DNA from: Eledone cirrhosa
Lineage: Eukaryota
Assembly: GCA_964016885.1 (NCBI GenBank)
Contig: OZ024743.1
Location: 359,538,001 to 359,602,000, forward strand
Length of the DNA stretch: 64,000 nt
Reading direction: 5' to 3'
Shown: in pieces, positions 1-11,136 of the stretch
Layout of the letters: each line of letters starts with the position of its first letter
Numbering within the stretch: the stretch's first letter is position 1
The notes under the pieces: model-generated
The model's database searches: none
Seen by the model: the letters and a program-made list of their open reading frames with translations, nothing else
Told to the model about the DNA's origin: nothing
Made by a program: the position numbers and the translations under genes

Positions 1-632
1 TCCCGAGTCGCCTCACTCCCTTTTTCTTTCTCATCTCCACTCTTTCTTTCTCTCTCTCATCCTCTACAGAATAGCGAACAAAAAATAAATAAAAGATAAA
101 TAACATTGGGAGAGTTAAGAAGTGTTTAAAAATAATAAATAAATAAAAGTTAATGAACGCTAGCTGCTTTCCCTCTCTCTCTCCCATCCCATTACTCTCT
201 CTCTCTCTTTTTCTCTCCCACATCCTCCCTCTCTCTACGGAATAGAGAACAAAACATAAAGAAAAGATAAATAACGTTAAGGAAGTGAGAGAGTTACAAA
301 GTGTGTAAAAATAATAAATAAATAAAAGTTAAGAACGCTGGTTACTTTCCTCCTCTCTCTTTCATCGTCTTTCTCTCTCATCCCCTTACTCTTTTTCTTT
401 CTCTCTCACGTCCCCTTACTCTGTCTCTCCCATCTCCCACTCTCTTTCTCATCCTTTATTCTCTTTCTTTCTTTCTCACATCCCCTTACTCTCTCTCCCC
501 AATCCACCCACTCTCTCTCTCTTTCTCTCTCACCCCTTACTCTCTCTCCCATCTCCCAATCTCTCTCTTTCTATCTCATCCCTTACTCTCTCTCTCTTTC
601 TCTCTCCCATCCCCCACTCTCTTATCTATAGA
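1..632. repeat. CT-rich low-complexity repeat with two copies of a ~110 bp AT-rich unit (~62-170 and ~233-345)
   Basis: Repeated ctctctc/atccccttactct units; ctctac(a/g)gaatag...aaagataaataac...aaaataataaataaataaaagttaa...aacgct occurs twice. Confidence 0.8.
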
Positions 633-1238
633 CTGGAGAACATAAAAAAACAAAATGGATGATCTCTTTTGATATTCATTAGAAAATAAGATAAATTGAA
701 TTTAAATGAATTCCTTGCTTTGCAAAGTAAAACCTTTTCGACCGTTACCTGTCCGAGTGTATAGTGAATATGTACATGTAATCTTGAGGAGTTTGGTCCG
801 GTAGTTTTCTAGTTTTAGGCGGACACACAGAATCGTAAACTTGCATTTATATACAGTATATACAGATAGATATCCATCACTACGTTTGGGTATACAAATA
901 CGAGGAAAAGTTCTAAATGCCAAATTAGAAAATATTGTATACTAGCAGCTGAGCTCGCTTGCACCCGGGGCCACTTTTTATTAAGTTAATAATTTGAAAA
1001 ATATTATTGAAAGTTTATTATAAATAAGCAGTTTCAGGAAAAAAAAATAGAAATATGCATTTGGGGCTGGAGGGCGTACAATGAGAAGTGGAGCGACGTG
1101 AAAAGCGTTGTTTATTAACAGCGAAATAGCAATGTCGAAGATATGAAATTTGAAAAATACTACTTACTGTTAGTGGTGGTTAACATGTATTAGAATTAAA
1201 ATAAAAACACGCGTCCCTTCTTCGCAATTTAAGGGTTT

Positions 1239-1753
1239 GGCGATACTTGGTTTTAGTGTCCTAAATTATCATCATCGACATTCAATTATTAGCTCCACCC
1301 ACTACACGATACGTCACGGCACGTCATCAGTTGCTGCTGCGGCTTGGCTTTTACATGTTCATTTTCTTACATGCTTCATTTTTACACGAAAAAACATTGA
1401 ATTTTTAGAAAAAATATTTATTAAAATATTAACAGAGAAAATTAGATTTTTGATTTATTTTTTGAACAAAATAAATATTTATTTATAGTTTTTCACAGAA
1501 AAACTATGCTTCATTTTTACATGAATATTTATTTACAGTTTTTAACAGAAAAAAAATTTGCTGCGAAATACATTTTTTTTTAACAGATTTAGTTTTTAAC
1601 AACAGAAAAAAATTTCTTTAAACATTATATTGTTGCGATATACAGTTTAAAATTCTTTCGAAACATTTACTTTCCTGACGTATCGTGTAGTGGGTGGAGC
1701 TAATAATTGAATGTCGATGATGATAATTTAGGAGACTAAAACCAAGTATCGCC
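1239..1753. mobile_element. MITE with 78-bp TIRs and 8-bp TSD (Mutator/MULE- or hAT-like)
   Basis: TIRs 1239-1316 and 1676-1753 (GGCGATACTTGG..., 1 mismatch); identical flanks AAGGGTTT at 1231-1238 and 1754-1761; AT-rich repetitive interior. Confidence 0.85.
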
Positions 1754-2075
1754 AAGGGTTTTATTTCTTTTGATGGAAAACAGTGACCGTACTGCAGAAT
1801 CGATTTCATATAACGGTACTGTATGATCGTTAAATGTAGAAGGATGATGAAATTGTATATAAGACAAAGGTATTAGAACAGGGGGAAATAACTCACCGAA
1901 CGCGATAGTTTTGGGGCCACAGGGACGATATTTTTCAAGTTAGAGATTTGAAACCTCGTATATTTGCTTCCTTGTCACCTTTTACATAGGTGTGTAAATT
2001 TTCATGTCAGTCCGACCACGTCTACTACCATTTAACCGTGCACATTTGAATTTCAACCACCGCCCATTTCACAAA

Positions 2076-2124
<49 letters not shown>
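2076..2124. repeat. (TA)n microsatellite
   Basis: Direct reading. Confidence 0.95.
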
Positions 2125-2125
<1 letters not shown>

Positions 2126-3098
2126 GATATTAAATAAATGGAAACTATATTTATAAAACCATATTTATTTCACTATATATATTTCAGGGATATCATATTA
2201 ACAATATGTTATGCCTTCCTCAGACAAAATACAATATAGACAGTTTTATAGATAAATAGATTTGACATACCGTTCAACATCGACTTGTATTTGAAAAAGT
2301 TGATTTGGCAGTGAAAAATTGTAAACAGAAAGAAAGAAAGAGAGAAAGAAGGAAAGAAAGAAAGAAAACGAAGAAAAAGAAGAAAAAGAAGAAATGCATG
2401 CGATAAAATAGAGAGATGGAAAGATAGATAAAGAGAAGAACTTCATGTAAAGAAACAGAGAGAGATATATATAGAGAGAGGAAATAGATAGAGATAAATA
2501 TATATAGAGAAAAGTAGGTAGTTGGACATCCGTTGAATGAACGTATCAATGATACATTTATTTATTTATTTATTTATTTAGCTCTAGTATTAATGTAAGG
2601 GGGATATATGTGGTTAGGAAAGAAACCAGCCGTTATATATAGAGAAAAATGAAAAGTAACCAAACATAGGCGAGGCGTAATTTAAAAACCCTATGTTTTA
2701 ATGTAGAAATATTAGTACGTATAAAAACCAGGCACTATAATGTAAATATCAGTATTCCTGAATGAGACACGTATCCATAATGTGTGAAAAGTAATGATCT
2801 TATGTCTAGTTTTAAAAATTCATATGTTTATATGATAACTACAAACATCGATGTGAATTTACGTGATCAACTCTGCAAACCCCTATTTCACACGGAGAGC
2901 ATTCTCATTGTGCTATAAAAATTTAAGTATACATATATGTGTATATATATACACATATATATAGAGTCTATATTAATTTTAACAATACTATTCTTGTCTT
3001 TACTCTACATGATTATCTATCAAGCAGAAATAGAGAACAGATTTCAATATATTAATAAAAAATATCAGAAACAAAAACAAAAAAATAATAATAATAAT

Positions 3099-3339
3099 AC
3101 AAACATAGAATATTCGAAAATATTCTGTATGTTTATAATAAACATTTTGAAGACCCAATTAAAAGTATTGGATATGTAGTCCTGAAGATTTCTAACAAGA
3201 ATGAAACGCGTAGATTACTTCCCTTACTTTTATCGAGAATCTCAAATTGTAATACGTGACGTATTCTATTCTATAGCGATTGGGTCTTCAAAATGTTTAT
3301 TATAAACATACAGAATATTTTCGAATATTCTATGTTTGT
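3099..3339. repeat. Inverted repeat (61-bp arms) enclosing a hammerhead motif; Penelope pseudo-LTR-type fold-back
   Basis: Arm 3099-3159 acaaacatagaatattcg...gaagacccaat is the reverse complement of 3279-3339. Confidence 0.85.
3176..3218 (+). ncRNA. Minimal type-I hammerhead ribozyme (HHR1)
   Basis: gtagtc-CTGAAGA-t-ttct-aaca-agaa-t-GAAA-cgcg-TA-gattac; helix I gtagtc/gattac (one G.U), helix II ttct/agaa, palindromic helix III ACGCGT, predicted cleavage after A3212. Confidence 0.75.
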
Positions 3340-4426
3340 CTTCACATATATATCGCTATTTCAGAGCATTAAATCCAAATAATAATAATAATAAATAATG
3401 ATAAACAAATAAATAAAATAGAAAACTAAAAAATATTACATATTAAAAATAAAAATATTAAAAATATAAAAAAATATTACAATAATAAAAATAAAAACAT
3501 AATAGAAACATAATATGCCACGCAAATCGACCACAAAGATCAACCCTTCAAAAATTAATTGACAATATATTGCCAAGTTCATTATAAGCATCAGAGTCGA
3601 AAACAGATAAAGCTAAAAATTATTTACCAAATCGCGTCTAGCAAAAATCATTTCAAAAAGTTTAGGATGCCCATTTGGTCTACTTATGTTCTTCTATTTA
3701 ATATAGAAGTTTATCTAGTGTAACGTTTATTCGAAATATTTGGAGCATCAACTTTTAGGGTAGTTTAATTTTTCATGAAGAATGTTTAAATAAAAATAAA
3801 AATAAAAATAAAAAGAAGAATAAAAAGAAGAAATCGAAAGATTTATCGGCTAGTTTCCCAAATAATTATAAATCAAACTAAATATACTACATTTTAAATT
3901 TAAATTTATATTTAAAAGTTGAGTTTAATCTATGTTTGCAGCAACTGAATAAATTTGTCCGTAGATTAAGGGAATTTTTAGATTTTAGTATAAAGAATAT
4001 CTCCTCTGCGCAGGGATATCATATTAACAAATATCTCCTATTTGTTAATATGATATCCCTGAAATATATATAGTGAAATAAATATGGTTTTATAAATATA
4101 GTTTCCATTTATTTAATATCGTAAATATACTCCAAATACTTGTTGAGTGCTTTTATATCAGTTATAAATATTTACTAGTTGTAACCCAACAATTTAAATA
4201 TAACTTTCCATATATATATATATATATATTAGATTTATTACATTACTGATATAACTCTCTGTTGCCAATTTGTGTCGCGGATTGCCGCTGATCACACAAC
4301 TGGGATTTATGTTTACGTGACAGCAGATGTACCAAATAAAATAGGCATGGCTATTATAATGATAAACTAGATGGGATTTACAGTCTTTTTTTATATTCAC
4401 ATTTATCAAATAGATGTTATGATTTA

Positions 4427-4550
4427 AAGAAGAAGAAGAAGAAGAAGAAGAAGAAGAAGAAGAAGAAGAAGAAGAAGAAGAAGAAGAAGAAGAAGAAGAA
4501 GAAGAAGAAGAAGAAGAAGAAGAAGAAGAAGAAGAAGAAGAAGAAGAAGA
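4427..4550. repeat. (GAA)n microsatellite, about 41 units
   Basis: Direct reading. Confidence 0.97.
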
Positions 4551-5352
4551 TAGAGTGAATAAATATTGGCACTAATTTAATCACTCAAAAGTACACATCC
4601 ACATTTCTACGCATACCAGTGTACAAGTCACCATAGTTGTACATGCCGCACGCAGTTCATTTCCGACTGCATGAATCGTCTCCGGGACAGGATCAACCTC
4701 AAACTAATTGAGAGCGGCGTTTCGGCTGCGCTACGTGTGTGACACTGTGCTTAGGCACAGACCGGATATCGTATCAACGCTTCGCCACAAACACCCAGAT
4801 CACCTCATCCCAGCCGATATTAGGGACGTCTTAGTCCCGGGCAGTAATCTTTTCTTGAGGACGTAGTAGCTTCCCTGTGATCCTTCTCAGTGAGCAGCAA
4901 GTGGCCTACGTGTGGGTTTGCTACTACGCGCTCCCAGCTTATTAAGTCTGTACCCATCACAGCTCTCATCAGCGCCGTAGCTCTTTTGAATGAAACGTTG
5001 TCTGTTATCTGTTCAAGGGTCTGAACGCTTCTGTGCGTGAATTTGATTATAGTGGACATGGCTTGCATAGAAACATGACCACTTTTCAAACAAAATCAGC
5101 AGGAATAGCTGATGGCCCAGCATAGGTTGGGACGGCCAGCAACTGATTCATCTTTATGGTTTATATCAGAGTTTTACACTCCTGATAAACGTTTGAATGA
5201 TATTTGACTCTTATGAATTCCTCCACCCTTTGACTTAATTTGATTTTCTTCCCATGAGATGCCCCTAAAATCCTTCTTATCAGCAAGCCAGCTTGATGGG
5301 ATTGCTTGCAGAGTCACCGGTGACTCAACTATGCAGCAGGTCGTACTGGGTT
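4551..5352 (-). mobile_element. GC-richer island, possibly the decayed 3' end of an RLE-type LINE
   Basis: Minus ORF 4820-5089 contains ...LEQITDNVSFKRATALMRAVMGT, loosely like CRE-type C-termini; the upstream piece GISWEEN resembles HERO-type VPWEE; ends at the (TTC)n tract. Weak similarity only. Confidence 0.3.
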
Positions 5353-5406
5353 ACATGCGACCTAAAATAACAAACAAACACACACACACATACAAACTCA
5401 CACACA

Positions 5407-5469
<63 letters not shown>

Positions 5470-5606
5470 GTATGTGCGTTTGTTTGTGTGTGTCTGTGTG
5501 TGAGTTTGTGTGTGTGTGTGTGTGTGAGTGAGTGTTTGTGTGAGTTTGTGTGTGTGTTTGTTTGTGTGTGTTTGTGTGTGTGTGTTTTTTTTTTTTAGGT
5601 CGCATG
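5353..5606. repeat. Fold-back of (CA)n / (TA)n / (TG)n with unique terminal inverted motif
   Basis: catgcgacctaaaa (5353-5367) versus ttttaggtcgcatg (5593-5606); the interruption caaactca in the CA arm is mirrored by tgagtttg in the TG arm. Confidence 0.75.
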
Positions 5607-5955
5607 ATATTTGTTGTACACTGTTTCATGATTATGCATACACATACACAACTACATTTATACATAAATATATACTTAGATATGCAGATATTACTAGAGA
5701 AACCAAAGACTTTGACACGCAGACATAGTGCAATTTTAAATATACTATCACATAGATATGCATATATATAGATTTATAAATATACAATTACATCAAGATA
5801 TTTCATAGAATCGTGTGAAAACGTTGTATGATTATTTACATTCGATCTTAGAAGAGACATGCAGCTGTAAATGGAAGTGTTTCTCATTCGCATATAATTG
5901 CGCATGCGTAACTAAAGCTCGACCGGAAAATATATTCCTATAATATTATCATATA

Positions 5956-5958
<3 letters not shown>

Positions 5959-6038
<80 letters not shown>

Positions 6039-6067
6039 AACACACACATATGCATGCATATTTATAT

Positions 6068-6098
<31 letters not shown>

Positions 6099-6133
6099 CA
6101 TATATACATATATATATATTTATATATACATAT

Positions 6134-6172
<39 letters not shown>
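5959..6172. repeat. (TA)n / compound TA-CA microsatellite
   Basis: Direct reading. Confidence 0.95.
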
Positions 6173-6178
<6 letters not shown>

Positions 6179-6221
6179 ATAACAGGAGGCTGGACTGGCG
6201 TAAATCCTTGAAAGGTTTATT

Positions 6222-6279
6222 ATACTATGATCATTTCAATAACCGGGTTCCATATGAATCCGGTGATATCATCAGGTAT
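6222..6279 (-). ncRNA. Type-I hammerhead ribozyme (HHR2'), left-arm copy
   Basis: Reverse complement of HHR2 with the core intact (CTGATGA...GAAA tgatca TA gtat). Confidence 0.65.
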
Positions 6280-6508
6280 TCGAAATATAACAAAGAAATA
6301 TGTAAAAAACCATGGGTCCGAAAAATCAGAGACAGAGATAGAGAGGACAAACGACCAACTAGCCGGTTTCACTTCGGCCAGTCGCCCTCAAAGCGTATGA
6401 GAGCGACTGGTCGAGGTGAAAGCGGCTAGTTGGTCAGTCGTCTTCTCTGTCTCTGTCTCTGATTTTTCGGACCCATGGTTTTTTACATATTCCTTTGTTT
6501 TATTTCGA

Positions 6509-6566
6509 ATACCTGATGATATCACCGGATTCATATGGAACACGGTCATTGAAATGATCATAGTAT
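6509..6566 (+). ncRNA. Type-I hammerhead ribozyme (HHR2), right arm
   Basis: atac-CTGATGA-t-[atcaccgg...cggtcat]-t-GAAA-tgatca-TA-gtat; helix I atac/gtat, extended helix II, palindromic helix III ATGATCAT. Confidence 0.65.
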
Positions 6567-6757
6567 AATAAACCTTTCAAAGATTTACACCAGTCCAGCC
6601 TCCTGTTATTTTATTTATAATTAACTCCGTCTTCGCACCACCAACTACACAAACGAAGACGGGTGAACTGCACTACGTTGAGTACCCTCCACAATATTAA
6701 ACCAAGATGACCATACGGAATGACCAATTCTATCCAGTGGTGGACCAACAAACCTAA

Positions 6758-6824
<67 letters not shown>

Positions 6825-6939
6825 CATATATATGTACATATATATATATATATATATAGAAAAGAATGAAACGAAATTTCATTTCTCACTCTTAGTACGG
6901 CTGATACTTAAATGTAAGTTTGTATGTATACGTACATAC

Positions 6940-7405
6940 ATATATGTATACAGACGTACAGTAGTATGTATATATATACATACATGCACACACATATATA
7001 TATATGTACGTATGGGTTTACCGAACATTTATTATAATGTTCGGTTTTGTTTCTAAACAAACAAAAAGCCCGAATTACGCCGTACAGTGTTTAGGCAACA
7101 ATCGTCGATATGCAGATTAGGCTGCTCCGCCGTTAATATGCATAAGGAAAGTATGTACTTTCAGACGTTCAATCGATGCTGACGATAGCTAATAAGCTTG
7201 AAACTAGTACATCGTTCCTGTGTCAGTGTCTAACAAAAAGGCGACAATGGTTTCCTGAACACTGTACGGCGTAATTCGGGCTGTTTGTTTATAAACAAAC
7301 CGAACATTATAATAAATGTTCGGTAAACCCATACGTACATATATATGTGTGCATGTGTGTATACATATACATATTACTGTACGTCTGTATACATACATAC
7401 TTACA
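6940..7405. repeat. Inverted repeat (~160-bp arms) enclosing a hammerhead motif
   Basis: ~6940-7107 (gtatacagacgtacagta...gcccgaattacgccgtacagtgtt) is mirrored at ~7242-7400. Confidence 0.85.
7174..7214 (+). ncRNA. Minimal type-I hammerhead ribozyme (HHR3)
   Basis: cgatg-CTGACGA-t-agct-aata-agct-t-GAAA-ctag-TA-catcg; perfect 5-bp helix I, 4-bp helix II, palindromic helix III ACTAGT, predicted cleavage after A7209. Confidence 0.85.
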
Positions 7406-7419
7406 CATATATATATACA

Positions 7420-8210
7420 ATAAAGTATGTCCATAGAATCAGTTGATAAAATATATACACTATCTCCTCTCCCAATCAGCATAATCAACCACACAAAAAA
7501 ACAATTAAACAAGGCTATAAGATTAAAAGGCACCTATGAAGAAATAATCGATAAATAAACGACAGCTATCTATCCACGATCAACAGCTATAGAATATTTA
7601 CCCACCATTTCTAATAGCACGTGGAAATCGATTAAATATATCGTCAACCATACAGAATTAGGTGAAATCAAAGTTAGAAGAAAAAATATATATAAGCATA
7701 CCAAAATTATGTTTCTACCCCATGGGGTTTCATTCGCTTTTTGGAAATACCCGATCAAGGATAAATTCACGAGTTTCGAAATCATCAGGAAACAAATTCA
7801 CTTGGACGAAGATTTTTCTTAAATGATCCACGCCAGAAACGAATTCAAAATGGCTAAGAACTGTGACGTGGCAGTGGTCAAGTCAGAAAGAATGTGATTG
7901 GTGCCTTACGGCGAGTGGGCTGGTTGCTAGAAAGCGCATCCTAATACTGCCTAAATTGCATCTCAACCATATGGGAGATTATCGAATATAAAGATTTACA
8001 TATACATAAACTAGACAAAGTCATATATATATATATATGTGTGTATTTTTGGCGACCATTCACGATGTGGCTCAATGACGAATCAATTAATTAAATAATC
8101 AACAATCAGAGCAATATACGATAAAGTATGTCCATAGAATCATTTGATAAAATATATACATCATCTCCTCTCGCAATCAGCATAATCAACCACACAAAAA
8201 ACCAATTAAA
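7420..8210. repeat. ~90-bp direct repeat pair (7420-7510 and 8121-8210), possibly tandem Penelope pseudo-LTR remnants
   Basis: ataaagtatgtccatagaatca...cagcataatcaaccacacaaaaaa..caattaaa occurs at both positions. Confidence 0.7.
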
Positions 8211-8232
8211 TATATATATATATATAAATATA

Positions 8233-8283
<51 letters not shown>

Positions 8284-8288
8284 ATTAG

Positions 8289-8390
8289 TGAAGGCGTGTG
8301 GCTGGGTGGTTAGAGAATTGTGAGTTCGATTCCTGGACCAGGCGATGCGTTATGTCCTTAAGCAGGACACTTTATTTCACGTTGCTCCTT
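8289..8390 (+). mobile_element. tRNA-derived SINE fragment with CORE-like segment
   Basis: A-box-like tggctgggtggttag, B-box gagttcgattcc, then tgtccttaagcaggacactttatttcacgttgctcc; a related inverted copy is at 48118-48255. Confidence 0.7.
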
Positions 8391-9086
8391 CTACCTGGAG
8401 TTGCGACCGATAGATAGTATTAGCAATTGGAAAGACCAACGGAAACATTGTTCCCTCGGTCTAATTTGACGAAAGTCGATCGTTCGTTTATATATGTGTG
8501 TGTCTGCGTGTTATTAATATTATTATTTTCCTGGAGTTTTGGAGTCTCGGACTCTGGTGTAACTTAACTGGAAAGTTTGTTCAAATGTTGAACTACTATT
8601 GCTTTTACATGTTCACAACACGTTTACCCTATAATCACATACGTTTTCTGTATAGAAATACGTAATAAATATTGTTAATCAAAGTGTGAATAATAGGTGG
8701 AAATTCACAGCTGGAAACATATTTTGATTGCCAGAGACATACATGTTTGTTTGACTAGAAAAGCGACCCTTCGTAAATAGATATTCATTTTTTTTATTAC
8801 CTATATGGAGAAATGTATTTGTATACTTAGGATACAGAGATATTACATTTCTTACTAACTGTCTCGTCACTGTCTCTACGAATAGTGTTTTCCTTTTTGT
8901 TCTTCCCTTTCATTATGAAGAATTTTCCAGTATCCGTTTTAATATTTGTGCCCAAATCAAATGATTTGTGACCTGGAAAATTTATTTATATTGGTATCTA
9001 TGATACATATCTTTACATTAAAACAATATACGGCTTAGGTAGAAAATAGTAAATGTCAGACCAAATAGTTAGTTAACGGTAAACCA

Positions 9087-9089
<3 letters not shown>

Positions 9090-9163
<74 letters not shown>
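9090..9163. repeat. (TA)n microsatellite
   Basis: Direct reading. Confidence 0.95.
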
Positions 9164-9166
<3 letters not shown>

Positions 9167-9754
9167 GGGTTAGATAGTGCAATAGAGTATGAGATCGGGC
9201 AAACAGGTTGATTAGCTTAAGTTTCGAAGAATTGTTTCACTTACTTTACATTTGTGAAAATTACTCTTTAACGCTAGTTCACTGAATCACATTAGGGAAT
9301 AAGAATACGTTTCTCTAAAACAAAACTTTTAGATAATTTCATTAACTATGTTGCCATTTTATTAATTAGGGTGTCTATATATGCTACTAGGAATCTGAAA
9401 GGATTGATGTCTCTATGATAACCGTATATAGCTGTAACTGTGGAATGTGTTGAACTAACCACCAACATCATCTTTGGGTTCTACCACCAAGTCATACCGA
9501 ATTAATCGAGGAGAGGGAGGATATATTTCGTCCTTTTGCTTACTTAGAATAGCAGATACAATACCCTTTCAAATAACAGAAAAACACATGCTACAAATGA
9601 AAAGAAAAGAAAAACAGTGTTCACGGCTGGAATACCTTCATCAAATAACTTCTCGATCAGGGCCTAAACAACATCCGAAACATTCTACCAGATCGTAAAG
9701 TAGAAATCATAGAATAGGTATCCTGGACACATTCTTTAAACAGTTAATTTAGAC

Positions 9755-10083
9755 CAGGGGCGTGCAACAGGCAGCCCGCGGGCCACAATCCGGCCCGCCA
9801 GTCCAGTCAGAGTGGCCCGCGATGACCGTTTTTAATTTTTACCTTGTAGGCTTATTTTTTCGTAACCGTAATACAATTTTCTGTTAGTTGACCTATACTA
9901 AAGGGCTTCACTGATAGGGTTATGTGTGTTATAATTTCCCAGTTCCATGTTATGGAAAGAAGTTGTGGTGAATCTTTGGAATAATGGTTTTCATTAGATT
10001 ACATATTTTTGACAGTGACTGGCCTTAATAGTTGTTCCAATGTTCAAAAGTGGCCCGTAAATGGAATATGTTGCACATCCCTG
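9755..10083. mobile_element. hAT (Charlie-like) MITE
   Basis: TIRs CAGGGGCGTGCAAC / GTTGCACATCCCTG; subterminal ggcccg motifs; degenerate 8-bp TSD atttagac / ctttagat. Confidence 0.85.
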
Positions 10084-10284
10084 CTTTAGATGCTTATTGG
10101 ATCAATGGAAACCGTTCAAGGTTTCAAACTGTGAATACAAAATTTCGTTGTTCGATAATCCTTTTCTATTATTATTTTCGGTTAATATCTTATGAAATGT
10201 AAGTACTTTATGATATACCTCTATTATTTATTGTTTATCTAGATTGACCTTAAATATTGAGCCAACGAACAGGACTCTACTACG

Positions 10285-10470
10285 TAATTCCACCTGCTAG
10301 AGATAGCAGTCCCAAAGCGAATATAAAATTCTTTCTCTAGTGTCTCTAAATCGAAGGAGATATTGGATAATAGAGCCCATGATATAAAAATGATCTGTGA
10401 TGGCCCTGCGTGGAAAACATATGTCTATATCTATGCTCATCGTGGTTGACCTAATACTAAAGAACAACAA
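10285..10470 (+). repeat. Old interspersed repeat (acctgctagaaatagcagccaaat-type); further degenerate copies near 11435, 15815-15990 and 45265-45420, inverted near 39950-40140 and 41740
   Basis: Recurring motif ctgctaga(g/a)atagcag...ggataat...ggttga(c/t)ct....ctaaa.aacaac. Confidence 0.5.
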
Positions 10471-10701
10471 AATTTAACTTCAAAATATCTTCAAGTGATT
10501 TCGTGTTGACCTTTAAATGTGATGTTTTCTTCAGCTATAATAATTATAAAATCCTTATTTATACAGGAAGAGTGACGTAATGTGTGATTTATAACTTTCC
10601 TTTGAACATTAATCACTGTGAATATTAATGATTTAGAATACCAGCAACGCCTCACTCAAATCAGATCCTGTAATCTTAGATACGGAAGGGAAACTATATA
10701 T

Positions 10702-11136
10702 AATTGTTTCTACTTTTGGCACAAGGCCAGCAATTATCCAGTACATTACTGGTACTTTATTTTATCGACACCGTAAGGATGAAAGGCAAAGTTAACCTCG
10801 GCGGGATTTGAATTCAGTTCGTAAAGGGACGTAACTATGCTAGAAAGCATGTCGTCCGACCCTCTACCGATACTGCCAATTCACCGCCCGAGAAACAATA
10901 TATAATTGTTTCTATTTTAGGCACAAGGCCAGTAAATACTCAGTACATTACTGGTACTTTATTTTATCGACCCCGTAAGGATGAAAGGCAAAGTTAACCT
11001 CGGCCGGATTTGAACTCAGATCGTAAAGGGACGTAACTATGCTGGAATAATATATAATTGTTTCTACTTTAGGCACAAGGCCAGCAATTATCCAGTGCAT
11101 TACTGGTACTTTATTTTATCGACCCCGTAAGGATGA
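10702..11136 (-). mobile_element. Head-to-tail trio of tRNA-derived SINEs with Meta-like domain (10702-10889 full length; 10904-11047 and 11056-11136 5'-truncated)
   Basis: Sense strand: ggcggtgaattggcagtatcggtag (A box)...gagttcaaatccc (B box)...gcctttcatccttacggggtcgataaaataaagtacc...ccttgtgcc.aaagtagaaacaatt. Confidence 0.9.

Larger units (their letters stand above)
942..2127 (-). mobile_element. Probable non-autonomous Helitron, interrupted by a MITE
   Basis: On the minus strand it reads A|TCGTATATA... at the 5' end and ...CTAG|T at the 3' end (CTAG at 942-945). An imperfect GC hairpin (ctcgcttgcacccggg) lies 9-25 nt from the CTAG and (TA)n lies next to the 5' end. The 5' boundary overlaps the next inverted repeat. 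Confidence 0.5.
2124..4123. mobile_element. Degenerate Penelope-like region bounded by ~80-bp inverted repeats
   Basis: 2124-2203 is the reverse complement of ~4042-4123. A partial third copy at 4011-4033 forms a hairpin with 4039-4061. The region contains a hammerhead-bearing fold-back at 3099-3339. Confidence 0.5.
6171..6618. repeat. ~450-bp near-perfect palindrome (Penelope-type inverted pseudo-LTR)
   Basis: Left arm aaataaaataacaggaggctggactgg... pairs with right arm ...ccagtccagcctcctgttattttattt; centre near 6393; each arm carries a hammerhead motif. Confidence 0.9.

Noticed and set aside
2752-2805. Hammerhead-like CTGAATGA...acac/gtgt...GAAA
   Set aside because: Extra base in the core and no convincing helix I/III pairing.
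5259-7533. Many ORFs rich in YI/HT/CV dipeptides (also 19436-19888 and 47534-48103)
   Set aside because: Translations of (TA)n/(CA)n microsatellites, not proteins.
7765-7792. Minus-strand CTGATGA-tttc-GAAA-ctcg-TG
   Set aside because: Cleavage triplet would be GUG and helix I does not pair; at best a dead relic.
10702-11136. Repeat-spacer-like arrays (also 20256-20882) as CRISPR or tRNA gene clusters
   Set aside because: Units are 80-220-bp SINE copies with no unique spacers, no cas genes and no full cloverleaf.
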